This document shows, piece after piece, positions 51,866-64,000 of a DNA stretch of 64,000 bases (the stretch's first letter is position 1; each line of letters starts with the position of its first letter). Below the pieces are notes generated by a model. The model searched no databases and was not told the DNA's origin. It was given only the letters and a program-made list of their open reading frames with translations. The DNA is from Mobula hypostoma (lineage: Eukaryota), in contig NC_086097.1 of assembly GCF_963921235.1 (NCBI RefSeq), forward strand, positions 247,692,001 to 247,756,000, in the 5' to 3' direction. Made by a program: the position numbers and the translations under genes.

Positions 51866-52886
51866 TGGTTAAAAATCCTTCCAGATGTGGGAAAACCTCA
51901 CTGTGGGTCTATCAGATTCATCTGCTGTACCTGGTGCTCCCATGCAGCCTCCTCTACATCAGTGAGACCCGCCATCCCTTGGTGGACCACTTTGTTGAGC
52001 AACCTCACTCTGTTCTCAACAAGCATGATCTCCCCGTGGCCAACTACTTCAATTTCAATGCCCATTCCCCAGCCCAGCAGTGAGAGGAGAGCATGCCTGG
52101 ATGGTGGGGATTCTTCATGATGGAAGCTGCTTTCTTTTGGTACCACTCCTTATAGATATACTCGGTGGTTGGAAGGACTTTTACTGTTATAGACCGGCCT
52201 ATATCCACTACCTTTGAATGCTTTTCTGTTCTTGGGCTTTGGTGTTTCCATACCAGGACATGACACAACCAGTGACGCACTGCGGATACTTTCCACAGTG
52301 CGTCTAGAGAAGTTTAGTATGCAAGCCAAACCTCATCAGAAAGGCTTGGAATACAGTTCCAAATTTGTACAATGAGCCCCTCCGGACAGATGGGAGTCAT
52401 CAGCCGTGGTTGGCAGCTCATCTAGGAAAGGGAAAAATCCGCTGACTTGTGGCTATAACCACTCATGGGGAAGGCTTTAGAAGTAAACCCCTGAAGACTA
52501 CTCTGGAGCTGGAGTCCCTAAGGCAGTCCTACACTGAGTCCTGTGGCACTGCTGGGTGCAAACCGTATCAGTCCAGCATGGAGAATGAGCGTCTGCTACA
52601 TGGGCAATCATTTGCTCTCCGTGTCATAATGACTTGCAAACTGGCTTGTGCATCAACTACACAGATGGCTAGGATGCAAAATCAGTCTTCGACCTTCGAC
52701 CCCGACTAACAGAGGGCATCACAGTGAATAAATTCATACTGAGGAATCTAACTTTATGTGTAATGCTTCGATTTGGTGTAAACATCATTTAATCAAAACT
52801 TTCCTTACATGGTTTAATTATATTGTCAAGGACATGACTGTCTTACTTAATATGTTATGAAAATTGCAGATTAAGGATGTATAATG

Positions 52887-53413
52887 CAGACATCCCACCC
52901 TGCAAAAACTCATTTCAGGGAGGTAGCACCATCAATTTGCGGGAGACTCCCAGAACTTCCGGGAGAGGTGGGATGTCTGCAATAGAGTAGCTCCTTAGCA
53001 GCTGGCCAGCTAGTTTAAATAACGTTAGCTGTGCTAATAAATGAATGACACCTGTTAAACTCACCTCAACATGTCTTTTACATTTTAACCCACCATGGGC
53101 AATAGAAAAGTCACTGTCGCAAACAGCGCAGTGAGCAACACTGTCATTATTTTGACCCCTATCAGGCAGGGGTACACTTTAGTGTAGTCTGGGGTGACGT
53201 ACATTTTATATTTTTTGGAACACTTTGCCATGGTGCGCACTCGCTTGCTCTCTCTCTCTCTCTCGTGGTAGCTTTCGCGCTCTCTCTTGCTTTTCTCTCG
53301 CTCGCTCTCAAAAAAATTGATTTCCGTGATATTGTATATAATTTGTGGGCATCAGGGAGCCACTATTAACATGTGGGAGACTCCCGGAACTTCCGGGAGA
53401 GGTGGGATGTCTG
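52887..53413. mobile_element. Non-autonomous DNA transposon (MITE), TIR CAGACATCCCACC, 7-bp TSD TATAATG
   Basis: TSD at 52880-52886 and 53414-53420; perfect 13-bp TIR. Confidence 0.88.
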
Positions 53414-53852
53414 TATAATGTCATTGTGAAATGCTGAGTCAAGGGCCAGAAGCAGGTTTCTGGTTTACATAATATGGAGCAGAGAGAGAGTTTGTAAATC
53501 TGGCGGGATGAAAGGACATTGGGAATGGAGAGGGTGGAGTGCCGCGGGAGGGGTGTAGTATACATGGTAGAAAAGGAGTGTCTGGGGCAGACGGTGGCGC
53601 AGTTGCAGACACATCCAGACCTGAAACACCAGGCAAGGTCATTCGATCGCAAACAACTGATTTATTGATCATTACAGAATGTCTCTCTGTTGCTTCCCAC
53701 TCTCTCCCCCCTCCTGTCCCATTTTCCTGCCCTCATCCCGCTCTCCATCCACAATAGAGTCCAATATCAGGATCAGGTTTATCATCATGCAGATAGATCT
53801 TGAAATTTGTTTGTTTTTGTGGCAGCAGTACAGTGCAATACATAAAGTTATA

Positions 53853-53918
53853 CAGTAGTGCAAAAAGTCTCAGGCACCCTAGCTATATACATGTGCCAAA
53901 GACATTTGTACAGTATTG
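53853..53918. mobile_element. Tiny Tc1-type MITE
   Basis: TA-flanked imperfect inverted repeat CAGTAGTGCAAAAAGTCT ... AGACATTTGTACAGTATTG. Confidence 0.5.
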
Positions 53919-54129
53919 TAGATCTCCCTATGGAAAAGAAAGAAACAATTCCACTCACACCCTTAACATCAAAACATCTAATCATCAAAGTGTAAAAACA
54001 GATCAAAACATTGACTGTTTGCTCATGTCCATAGATGTTGCCTGACTTGCTGAGTTCTTCCACATGACACAGGAGTAGAATGAGGCCCATGCTCTACCCA
54101 CCGTGTCGGGTGCTGGGTCCCCACCACCC

Positions 54130-55312
54130 AGGTCATGCTCCCTTCTTGCTGCTGCCATCAGGATGAAGGTACAAGAGCTTCATGACCCACACCACCAGGT
54201 TCAGGAACAGTTACTACCCCCCAACCATCAGGCTCTTGAACCAAAAGGGATAACTTCACTCAACTTCACTTCCCCATCATTGAAATGCTCCTACAACCAA
54301 TGGACTCACTTTCAAGGACTCCCCATCTTATGTTCTCAATATTGATTGCTTATTTATTTACTTTTATTATTTCCTCTTTTTGTATTTGCACAGTTTGTTG
54401 CAAATACAAAGATACAGAGGGTAGGCCGGGGAAACACAGACCAATCCTCATAAAGGGATCAGAAGTGGAGCGAGTGAGTAATTTCAAGTTTCTGGGTGTC
54501 AATAGCTCTGAGGACCTAACTTGGTTGCAACATACTGATGCAGCTATAAAGTTAACAAATTCACGTCACGTGTTGGTGATAATAAATCTGATTCTGAAGA
54601 CAAGACAGCAACTATATTTCATTCGGAGTTTGAGGAGGTTTGGTTTGTCACCTGAAACACCTGAAAACTTCTCAGCTGTACTGTGGAGAGCGTTGTGATT
54701 GGTTGAATCACTGTCTGGTATGGGGGTCTACTGCAAAGGATTGAAGTAAGTTACAGAGATTTGTAAAGTTAGTCAGTTCCTTCATGGGTACTAGCCTCCG
54801 TAGTATCTAAGACATCTTCAAGGAGCGGTGCCTCAGGAAGATGGCATCCATCATTAAGGACCTCCAACACCCAGGACATGCCCTCTTCTTATTGTTACTG
54901 TCAGGAAGGAGGTACAGGATCCTGAAGACACACACTCAGCAATTCAGGAACAGCTTTTTCCCCTCTGCCATACAATTTCTGAATTGACATTGAACCCACG
55001 AACATGACCTTACTACTTTATAAAATTTATTTCTGTTTCTTGCACTACTTATCTTAACTTAATTATCTATATACATAAATATAAATACTATAATTCAGTT
55101 TTTTTCAACAAATTTCACGACATACGCCGGTGATATTAAACCTGATTCTGATTCTTCTGCACCTTGTGAACGCCCTGGTTGTGCAGACTGTCATTGATTT
55201 TGTTAGTTACTATTCTAAAGATTTATTCAGTATGCCCTCAAGAAAATGAATCTCAGGGTTGTATGTGGTGACAGATACGTTCTTTGATAATAAAATTTAC
55301 TTTGAACTTTGA
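54130..55312 (+). mobile_element. Two or more Rex1/Babar 3' fragments
   Basis: VERVSNFKFLGV, LYFIRSLRRFG, HPGHALF.LL.SGRRY; (ACTTTGA) tail. Confidence 0.8.
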
Positions 55313-55719
55313 CCCTACTAATCAAGTAGCTTCTGCTTTAAATATAACCAAATATGCTCCACAGCTGTCTGTGACAGCAAATTCTACAGAGACACCACAC
55401 TCTGACTAAAGAAATCCTTCCTCATCTCTGTTCTAAAGTGACGTACTTCTATTCTGAGTCTGTGCCCTCTGGTCTTGGACTCCCCCACTTTGTGTGTGTT
55501 GCTCAAGATTTTGCAGCATTTGCAGAATCTCTTGTGTCTGCGGTTGTAAATAATCGCATAATCTTTGAGACACACCTTTGGGGAAGAAAACCTCATCAAA
55601 ACACAAATTTAAAATATTGTCAATAATCCGACAGAAACAAAATAGTGCAGATGCAAGAAATGTAAATAAAGATCTGATGAGACTGATGGAACACACAAAA
55701 TGCTGACGATTTCCCCATG

Positions 55720-55862
55720 AAAAGGACACCTGATGAAGGGTCTCAGCCCGAAAGATCGACTGTTAATTCCTCTCCACAGATGCTGCCCAACCTTCTGAGT
55801 TCCTCCAGCATTTTGTGTGTGTTGTTCTGGATTTCCAGCATCTGTAGAATCTTGCGTGTTTA
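55720..55862 (+). mobile_element. Penelope terminus with hammerhead-like core
   Basis: CCTGATGAAGGGTCTCAGCCCGAAAGATCGACTG. Confidence 0.75.
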
Positions 55863-56736
55863 TGGTGCTGGATTTAGTGAGTATTTCCAACAGTTTTCTG
55901 CCTCTTGTAATAATCTGATAAATTTGCAGTACTGGTTTTAAATTTGGATTCAGTCTCAATCCAGGAATCTGATTACACACAGACTTGGGCTGGTTGTCAG
56001 TTTTATGTGTACTTAAAATAGCAGAAAGAAAGTCTACTCTTATCTGTTTCCATCTCAGAGACAAGAGATTTTTTTCTCTATTATCCTCTTATGTGCCTTG
56101 TTTCCATAATTAGAATCAGAATCACTGACATTTATCATGAAATTACAAACAAGATAAAATCTGCATATACTGGAAATCCGAGCAACACGCACAAAATGCT
56201 GGAAGAACTCAGCAGGTCAGGCAGTATCTAGGAAAAGAGTACAGTCGATGTTTCAGGCCGAAACCCTTGGGCAGGACTCATGAAATTTGTTGTTTTGTGC
56301 CGGCAGTACATGCAGTACATAAAATATACTATTATATATTAAAAATTTGATTAAGTACTGCAAAAAGGGAGCAAAAATAGTGACGTAGTGTTTGTGGGTT
56401 CATACATAGATAGATACGAAATCCTTTTATCACAGACATCTCTATAGATGAAACTCGTTAGCCCCTCGCTAACACTCAGCGGTGAGAAAATCACCTTTCT
56501 CAGGCTCCGTATGTCTAGGGGTCGATATAAGTTGGGTCCCACCAAACCCGGGAAATTGGGATTTCTCGCCCACCTAAACTCCATTCTGTGTAACTACTGT
56601 CCCCGTGCAATTCAGTCAGTCAATTAGTGGGTGCCATCCCAAATCCAGCTTCTTCTCTTTAGCTTAAACCCAAACATGCTAAAAGTAGAACAGATTGCTC
56701 TTACAGAACTGCTAAAGTTAAATATCTACAACATAT

Positions 56737-57782
56737 TTTCAGAATGGCAGGCAGTGACTAGTGGGGTACCGCAAGGCTCAGTGCTGGGACCCCAGTTGTT
56801 TACAATATATATTAATGGCTTGGATGAGGGAATTAAACACAGCATCTCCAAGTTTGCGGATGACACGAAGCTGGGCGGCAGTGTTAGCTGTGAGGAGGAT
56901 GCTAAGAGGATGCAGAGTGACTTGGATAGGTTAGGTGAGTGGGCAAATTCATGGCAGATGCAATTTAATGTGGATAAATGTGAGGTTATCCACTTTGGTG
57001 GCAAAAACAGGAAAACAGATTATTATCTGAATGGTGGCCGATTAGGAAAAGGGGAGGTGCAATGAGACCTGGGTGTCATTGTACACCAGTCATTGAAAGT
57101 GGGCATGCAGGTACAGCAGGCGGTGAAAAAGGCAAATGGTATGCTGGCATTTATAGCAAGAGGATTCGAGTACAGGAGCAAGGAGGTACTACTGCAGTTG
57201 TACAAGGCCTTGGTGAGACCACACTTGGAGTATTGTGTGCAGTTTTGGTCCCCTAATCTGAGGAAAGACATTTTTGCCATAGAGGGAGTACAAAGAAGGT
57301 TCACCAGATTGATTCCTGGGATGGCAGGACTTCCATATGAAGAAAGACTGGATCGACTAGGCTTATACTCGTTGGTATTTAGAAGATTGAGGGGGGATCT
57401 TATTGAAACGTATAAAATCCTAAAGGGATTGGACAGGCTAGATGCAGGAAGATTGTTCCCGATGTTGGGGAAGTCCAGAACGAGGTGTCACAGTTTGAGG
57501 ATAAAGCGGAAGCCTTTTAGGACCGAGACGAGGAAAAACTTCTTCACACAGACAGTGGTGAATCTGTGGAATTCTCTGCCACAGGAAACAGTTGAGGCCA
57601 GTTCATTGGCTATATATAAGAGGGAGTTAGACATGGCCCTTGTGGCTAAAGGGATTGGGGGTATGGAGAGAAGGCAGGTACAGGTTTTTGAGTTGGATGA
57701 TCAGCCATGATCGTACTGAATGGCGGTGCAGGCTCGAAGGGCCGAATAGCCTACTCCTGCACCTATTTTCTATGTTTCTATA
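56737..57782 (+). mobile_element. CR1 3' fragment, same young subfamily as 3985-7108
   Basis: Nearly identical by eye to 6056-7100. Confidence 0.93.
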
Positions 57783-57814
57783 GCGTGGAAATCTTAACCA
57801 GGATGTTACAGATA

Positions 57815-58110
57815 TATAAATGGATGGATGGGTGGGTGGATGGAGAGATAGATAGGTGAGTGGATGGATGGTAGATAGATAGATAAATAGGTGGGTGGAT
57901 GGATGGGTAGATAGATAGATAGATGGATGGATGGGTGAAGGGATGGGTAGATAGACAGATAAGTAAATGGATGGATGGGTAGATAGATAGATAGATAAAT
58001 AGATGGGTGGATGTATGGGTAGACTGATAGATGGATGGGTAGGTAGATAAATGGATGGCTGGATGGGTGGATAGGTAGATAAATGGATGGCTGGATGAGT
58101 AGATAGGGAG
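57815..58110. repeat. Compound (GATG/GATA/GGTG)n microsatellite
   Basis: Direct inspection. Confidence 0.9.
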
Positions 58111-58728
58111 TGGAGGTGAGGTAGCGGGCTCATCATTGAGAGCAAAGGAAGACCCGATTAAGCGTCAGGCTGAATTGGAAAGATCGGTTACAGGCCGAAT
58201 CGAGGCCTCAGAGCATATTGAAGTGACAAAACCCGATATTTGGACAACGATTTAAGCACCAGGCTAGATTGAAATAGTCAGAGTGATGGGGCCGGAGGCG
58301 AGGGGCAGGCCGGTTTAGCTCTCTGGTCTGCAGTGGTTACTCGGCTCTCTGGTGAACTGAAGGCTGAGGGGTGGGTAGGTAGGTAGGCAAGCGGATAGAG
58401 GAAAAGAGATATAATGGGGTAGTGTTCATGGGTTCATGGATCATTCAGAAATCTGATGGCAGAGGTAAGAAGCAGTTTGTAAAACACTGAGAGGGGCTTT
58501 TCAGATTCCAATACCTACTCCCCAGCAGTGGTAATGCTTAAGTACCTACAGTAAAAATCTCTCTGTATAAATGTCCCTTTAACATCTTGCAGACAAGTTA
58601 CAATGGATTCCATTGCTGAAAATGAGCTTTATCAGCATTTATTTTCCATTTTGTTGAACTCATTGCCAGATAGATCGGTACATCACTGCCAAACACACAT
58701 CATGGACGGGTAGGGCTATGTGAAAGGT

Positions 58729-59232
58729 ATAGAAACATAGAAAACCTACAGCACAATACAGGCCATTCAGCCCACAAAGTTGTGCCGAACATGTCCCTAC
58801 CTTAGAAATTACTAGGGTTACCCATAGCCCTCTATTTAAAAATTTTTTTTTTTTTTTGCACAGTACAGGCCCTTTGGCCTGCAATGTTGTGCCGATCCTC
58901 AAACTCTGTCTCCCATATAAGCCCCCACTTTAAATTCCTCCATATACCTGTCTAGTAGTCTCTTAAATTTCACGACTGTATCTGCCTCCACCACTGACTC
59001 AGGCAGTGCATTCCACGCACCAGCCACTCTCTGAGTAAAAAACCTTCCTCTGATATCCCCCTTGAACTTCCCACCCCTTACCTTAAAGCCATGTCCTCTT
59101 GTAATGAGCAGTGGTGCCCTGGGGAAGAGGCGCTGGCTATCCACTCTACCTATTCCTCCTATCATCTTGTACACCTCTATCATGTCTCCTCTCATTCTCC
59201 TTCTCTCCAAAGAGTAAAGCCCTAGCTCCCCA
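58729..59232 (-). mobile_element. Two adjacent CR1 3' ends (58729-58838 and 58858-59232)
   Basis: First matches 41440-41550; second matches subfamily B (ORF 58899-59249). Confidence 0.88.
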
Positions 59233-59904
59233 GAGAATGTGTGCCTCAAAAAATGAAACCCTATGGTGCAGGGAAGCCAGGAGAAAATTCCCTTTCTCTA
59301 TATGGCAGTTTTCATACCCGGACGCCTATGGAAATAGCTGACATAATCCATCAGGATTTGGATCACCCACCATAATTACAGAACTATACAGCCACGTTCT
59401 GAAGTTGTATGCCACTTCAAGAATTTTACTGGACTCTCACACTCAGAAACCACTTTGTAATGACTGGAGGAAGAGTGTGCAGTGTAATTGGCCCAGGATC
59501 ACTTTCATCCCTGAGAATAGGGAGTCAGTTTCAGCAGTTCAACTGAAAGATAATATGATTGTCAGTGCTGTATCAGATTACATTGTCAGCATATATTCTA
59601 CGCTTTTGAGTCCTGAAGTAAGGTTTGAAGCCAGAGTTTTTTTCACTTAAAGGGAGTGTGCTGCCGACCATGTTCAGATGACAGCTTTCATAATGATATC
59701 CTACACATTTTTTTCTTTGAATATCTGGGTACAAGGCTCGTTGAGAACAGTGTCAAATATTTCTCAGAATGATGCTTAAAGCAAAGTTCTCAGAGAAGCA
59801 TTGACTCAGGCACAAATAAAATGTGCTGTGGAAAGGCAATTGTTGGGAGAACCAAGTGACTAATAGAGGAAATTTTATACCGTCACAGGGAAAAGCCAAC
59901 AGAA

Positions 59905-60310
59905 AGTGGTGGCTACAAGCCCAGTCCATCACAGGAAAGACCCTCCCCACCATTGAGCACATCTGCATGGACCACTGCCACAAGAAAGTAGCATCCATCG
60001 TCAAAGACCCCCACCATCCAAGGCCATGCTCTCTTCTCACAGCTGCCTTTGGGAAGGAGGTACAGAAGCCTCAGGTTCCACACCACCAAGTTCAGGAGCA
60101 GTTATCACCCCCCAACCATCAGGCTCTTGAATCAGCGTGGATAACTTCACTCACCTCATTCCACAACTGATTCCACAAACTATGGGCACACTTTCAAAGA
60201 CTCTACAGCCCAAGGTCTCAGTACAATTTATTTATTTATTTATTATATATTTGCACTGTTTGTTTTCTTTTGCACATTGGTTGTTTGTCAGTGTTTGTGG
60301 TAGTTTTTTT
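59905..60310 (+). mobile_element. Rex1/Babar 3' end
   Basis: AQSITGKTLPTIEHI...ASIVKDPHHP. Confidence 0.8.
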
Positions 60311-62295
60311 ACATTTGACCAGCCTCTCCCTCTCCCTCTCACTCAACACTGTCGGAGGATGGCGCTGCAGTTTGCAGTCTTGGGCAAGGTTTAATCGATG
60401 CGGTTTGTGAATTGGGCTCTGCAGTTCATATTATGATGTGTTTCTGGATACTCATTTTTTATTTGGAATTTTGTGTGATTTTGATCAGGGTGGACTGGCT
60501 TTGCAGCCTGCAGACAACAAACGACACTGCTCTAACTGGAACTGAACTAAACATTCCTAGACTGTTTCAAACACTCTGTGGTTTTGATCAAGTCAAGTCA
60601 AGTTTATTGTCATTTAACTAAAAACGTCTATATAACGTATATATCCATATAATGTATATAAAAACGAGAGAGTGTTTCTCCAAACCAGGGTATAAAGCAC
60701 AGTAGTACACATAACACATGATAACTTATGAAGGTAATGATAAAGTCTACAGATCAATCAGACACAAATAACAAACTAAAGTGCATTAATATTAAATATT
60801 GTAAGGTATGGAACTGATTAACTAGTGACACTTCGAATTTGATGTTTTATATTCTGTGTGTTTTTTGCTGTTTTTTGTTGTTTGCATGATTTGTTCTGTC
60901 TTTTGTGTGCGTTGGGAGCTTGATGTTTTCCTTGAACGGGTTCTATGATGTTTCTTTGTTTCGTGGCTGACTGTGGGAAGACAAATCTCAGGGTTGTATA
61001 CTGCACACATACTTTGATAATAAATGTACTTTGAACTTTGACTGGATGGAACTCCCATCTTTGGCAGGAATGTAGAATCAGCAACAGTGAATGCACTGCA
61101 TCATAAACATCCTGGTGGATTCCACATCTATTGACTTCATTGGAAAGGAAAATTTGAAGGGTGTGTAACAGGTGGTCATGTACATATTTTCATTTTCCTT
61201 ACATCCCTGCCAAAGTTGAAAATCAAAGCAGAAGTGGCTTGTTATCTGTACGTTATTACATATGAACATTATTAAAGGGACTGGGGGACCCGAGTTATAA
61301 GGGAAGATTGAATAGGCTTGGACTTTATTCCCTGGAACCTAGAAGAATGAGAGATATTTGAAAGAGTTATTATGAGGGGTATAGATAGAGTTAATGCAAG
61401 CAAGCTTTTTCCACTAATATTGGGGCGGTGGGGTGGAGATAAATCCCTACCAAAAGAGGTGTAAGTCACTCCTTCTCTTTGCTAGCCAAAAGGTCACCCT
61501 TGGGCAAGGTGTAGCATCTGATTAGCCTGCTGATTTGGGTCATGTGAAGTCATGGGAGCAGGGGCTGGATGGTCGTATCAGCAGCTGGCGCATATCACAA
61601 GTCCTGGTTATGCGACCACTGATGCCAGGCAGATAATCTCTGAAGAGTATTGATAATGGCTGGGGTCACCCATCTTGCCCAGGAGAAGGTAACGGCAAAC
61701 CACTTCTGTAGAAATATTTGCTCAAGAACAATCATGGTCTTGGAAAGACCACGATCGCCCATGTCATATGATACAGCACTTAACGAACGAATGTTCGGTG
61801 ACACAAGAAATAAAGGTCATAAGTTAGGGAGTGAAAGATGAAATGTTTAAGGGGAACATGGGGGGCAACTTCTTCAATCAGAGTGTGGAGCAAGTTGCCA
61901 ACAGAAGCGATTTCAATTTCAACTTTTAAAACACATTTGGAAAGGTACATGGATGGGAGGGTTATGGAGGGCTCTGGTCTGGCTGCAGGTCAAGAGGACT
62001 AGGCAGAATAATATTTCAGCATGGGCTTGATTCAGTGCTGTAGTGCTTTTTGACTCTAAATGTTAAAAGGTTGTGTATCAATGTAATTATGCTATGTGAA
62101 AAGGTAATACTGATAGAATCATGGCTCAGTATAATTAAAATCAGAATCTGGTTTATTTTCACTGACATAAGTCATGAATTTTGCTTTGTGGCAACAGTAC
62201 AATACAAAACATTTAAAAAGTCTCCATAAACACAGGAGGTTCTACACATGCTGGAAATCCAGCGCATCACACGCAAAATGCTGGAGGCATTCAGG

Positions 62296-62590
62296 TTGGC
62301 ACGGTAGCTTAGTAGTTAGCACAAGGCTTTACAATACAAGCGACCTGGGTTCAATTCCCACCACTGCCTGTAAGGAGTTTGTATGTTCTCCCCGGGACCG
62401 CGTGAGTTTCCTCCGGGTGCTCCAGCTTCCTCCCACAGCCCAAAGATGTACCGGTAGGTTAATCTGTCACTGTAAATTGTCCTGTGAGTAGGTGAGGATT
62501 AAGTTAGAGGAATGCTGGGCAGCGCAGCTCAAAGAGCCAGAAGTGATTATTCCACACTGTATCTCAATAAAAGTAAATAAAATAATAAAA
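62296..62590 (+). mobile_element. Full-length V-SINE (HE1-like) inserted in a minus-strand Penelope end
   Basis: A box TAGCTTAGTAG, B box GTTCAATTC, V domain TTTCCTCCGGGTGCTCCAGCTTCCTCCCACA, (AATA)-rich tail. Confidence 0.82.
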
Positions 62591-62674
62591 GTCATTGACG
62601 GAAGTGAATAAACAGTTTGGAGTTTTAGGCTGAGACCCTTCTTCAGGACTAGGCTGACAGAGGAAGATGGAGGT

Positions 62675-63355
62675 TAGAACATAGAACACTTCAGCACAGT
62701 TCAGACCCTTTGGGCCATAATACTGTGCTGACCTTTTAACCTACTCTAAGAACAATCTAACCCTTCCTTCCTACATAGCCTCCATTTGTCTATCATCTAC
62801 GTGCCTACCAAAGAGTCTCTTAAATTTTCCTAATATATCTGTCTCTGCCATCTCCCCTTTCAGCATGTTCCACGCACCGACCAACCTCGGTGTAAAAAAC
62901 CTGCCTCTGACTTACCTCCCCATACTTTCCTCCAAATTCTTTAAAATGAAGCCCCCTGGTATTAGCTGTTTCCACTCTGGGAAAAAGTCTTTGGCTGTCC
63001 ACCCTACTTATGCATCTTACATCTGGCACACCTCTATCAAATCACCTCTCATCTCCGTTCTCTCCAAAGGGAGAAGCACAGGACAACCTAGCTCGCTCAA
63101 CCTATCCTCATAAGACACGCTCGCTAATCCAGGTGGTATCCTGGTAAATCTGATTGCCATCCTGACGACAAAACATAGACTGTTTATTTTCCTCCATAAA
63201 TGCTGCCAGTCTTGCTGAGTTCCTCCAGAATTTTGTGTGTATTGCTCCTGATAATTCTCCTCTGCACCCCCTCTAAAGCTTCCACATTCTCCCTATAATG
63301 GAGTGACCAGAAATGAACACAAATGTGATCCAAACAGAGTGTTATAGAGCTGTTA
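62675..63355 (-). mobile_element. Old CR1 3' fragment containing a Penelope end (63160-63250)
   Basis: RVDSQRLFPRVE...TRG. Confidence 0.75.
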
Positions 63356-63529
63356 ATAGGTTTTTGGGAAGAAGGGCTCCAAGCTGGCTTTATAACCTGG
63401 GTGGGGTTCAGAAAATGGGTTCATTGTTCACGTTACCTGAACCTCAAAGATCAACATGATGTGAGATGTTTGTTGATAACTGAAGACAACCCCACTGAAA
63501 TATGCTCAATTGCTCCAGACTAACAAGAG

Positions 63530-63812
63530 TTTATTTATTTATTCAGCAATACAGCACAGATTAGGCCCTTTGGCCCGATTCTGCCCCAGCAACCCCCATC
63601 AAACCCGATTAACCCTAACCTAACACAGGGCAATTTACAATGACCAATTAACCTACCTGGTACGTCTTTGGACTGTGGGAGGAAACTGGAGTACCCAAAG
63701 AAAGCCCACACAATCCATGGGAAGGAAATACAGAGACTCCTTACAGAATGGTGCAGGAATTGAACTCTAAACTCTAGGACACTCTGAGCTGTAATACATC
63801 GGGCTACCGCAG
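63530..63812 (-). mobile_element. V-SINE
   Basis: Reverse complement of the V domain at 63665-63710 and B box at about 63757-63767. Confidence 0.7.
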
Positions 63813-64000
63813 TTTAGCATTATTAGCCAGCTCCACATAAAGCCGTTAAATGTCCCAGCTGCTGATAAATTTGGATCCCTGCTGAGACATAGAGTCACTC
63901 ACTGGCACTGTAGTGATCACTAATTAATACACAGTCACGGGAACTATGGGGTTAGTCAGTCTTCCATTGATGTCTCTGTGACATCCAATACAGCTTCTGA

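Noticed and set aside
57627..58145. 172-aa His/Pro/Ser/Ile-rich ORF
   Set aside because: It is the translation of a GATG/GATA microsatellite.

Overview
Eukaryotic (vertebrate) DNA consisting mostly of nested transposable elements. No intact host gene, rRNA, tRNA gene or CRISPR array could be supported. The repeat spectrum (dominant CR1 LINEs, V-SINEs with CR1-type tails, Neptune-type Penelope elements, Rex1/Babar) suggests a cartilaginous fish, probably a ray; this is an inference. The best-preserved elements are: an L1 ORF2 open for 949 codons that runs off the left edge (missed by the ORF track); a CR1 ORF2 with one nonsense codon (3985-7011); a Penelope RT+GIY-YIG ORF with one frameshift (17493-19104); a TSD-flanked hAT-Charlie (32367-35513); a TIR-bounded Chapaev3-like element; a decayed Gypsy; and Tc1, R4-like and Nimb/I remnants. 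The most notable observations are minimal hammerhead ribozyme motifs in the many Penelope ends, a 24 x 24-bp tandem array built from the 5' half of that ribozyme core (25983-26554), and a weak F-box/WD40-like relic in unique sequence near 58.6-59.65 kb. All family calls are by-eye motif recognition. Boundaries of old fragments are approximate.
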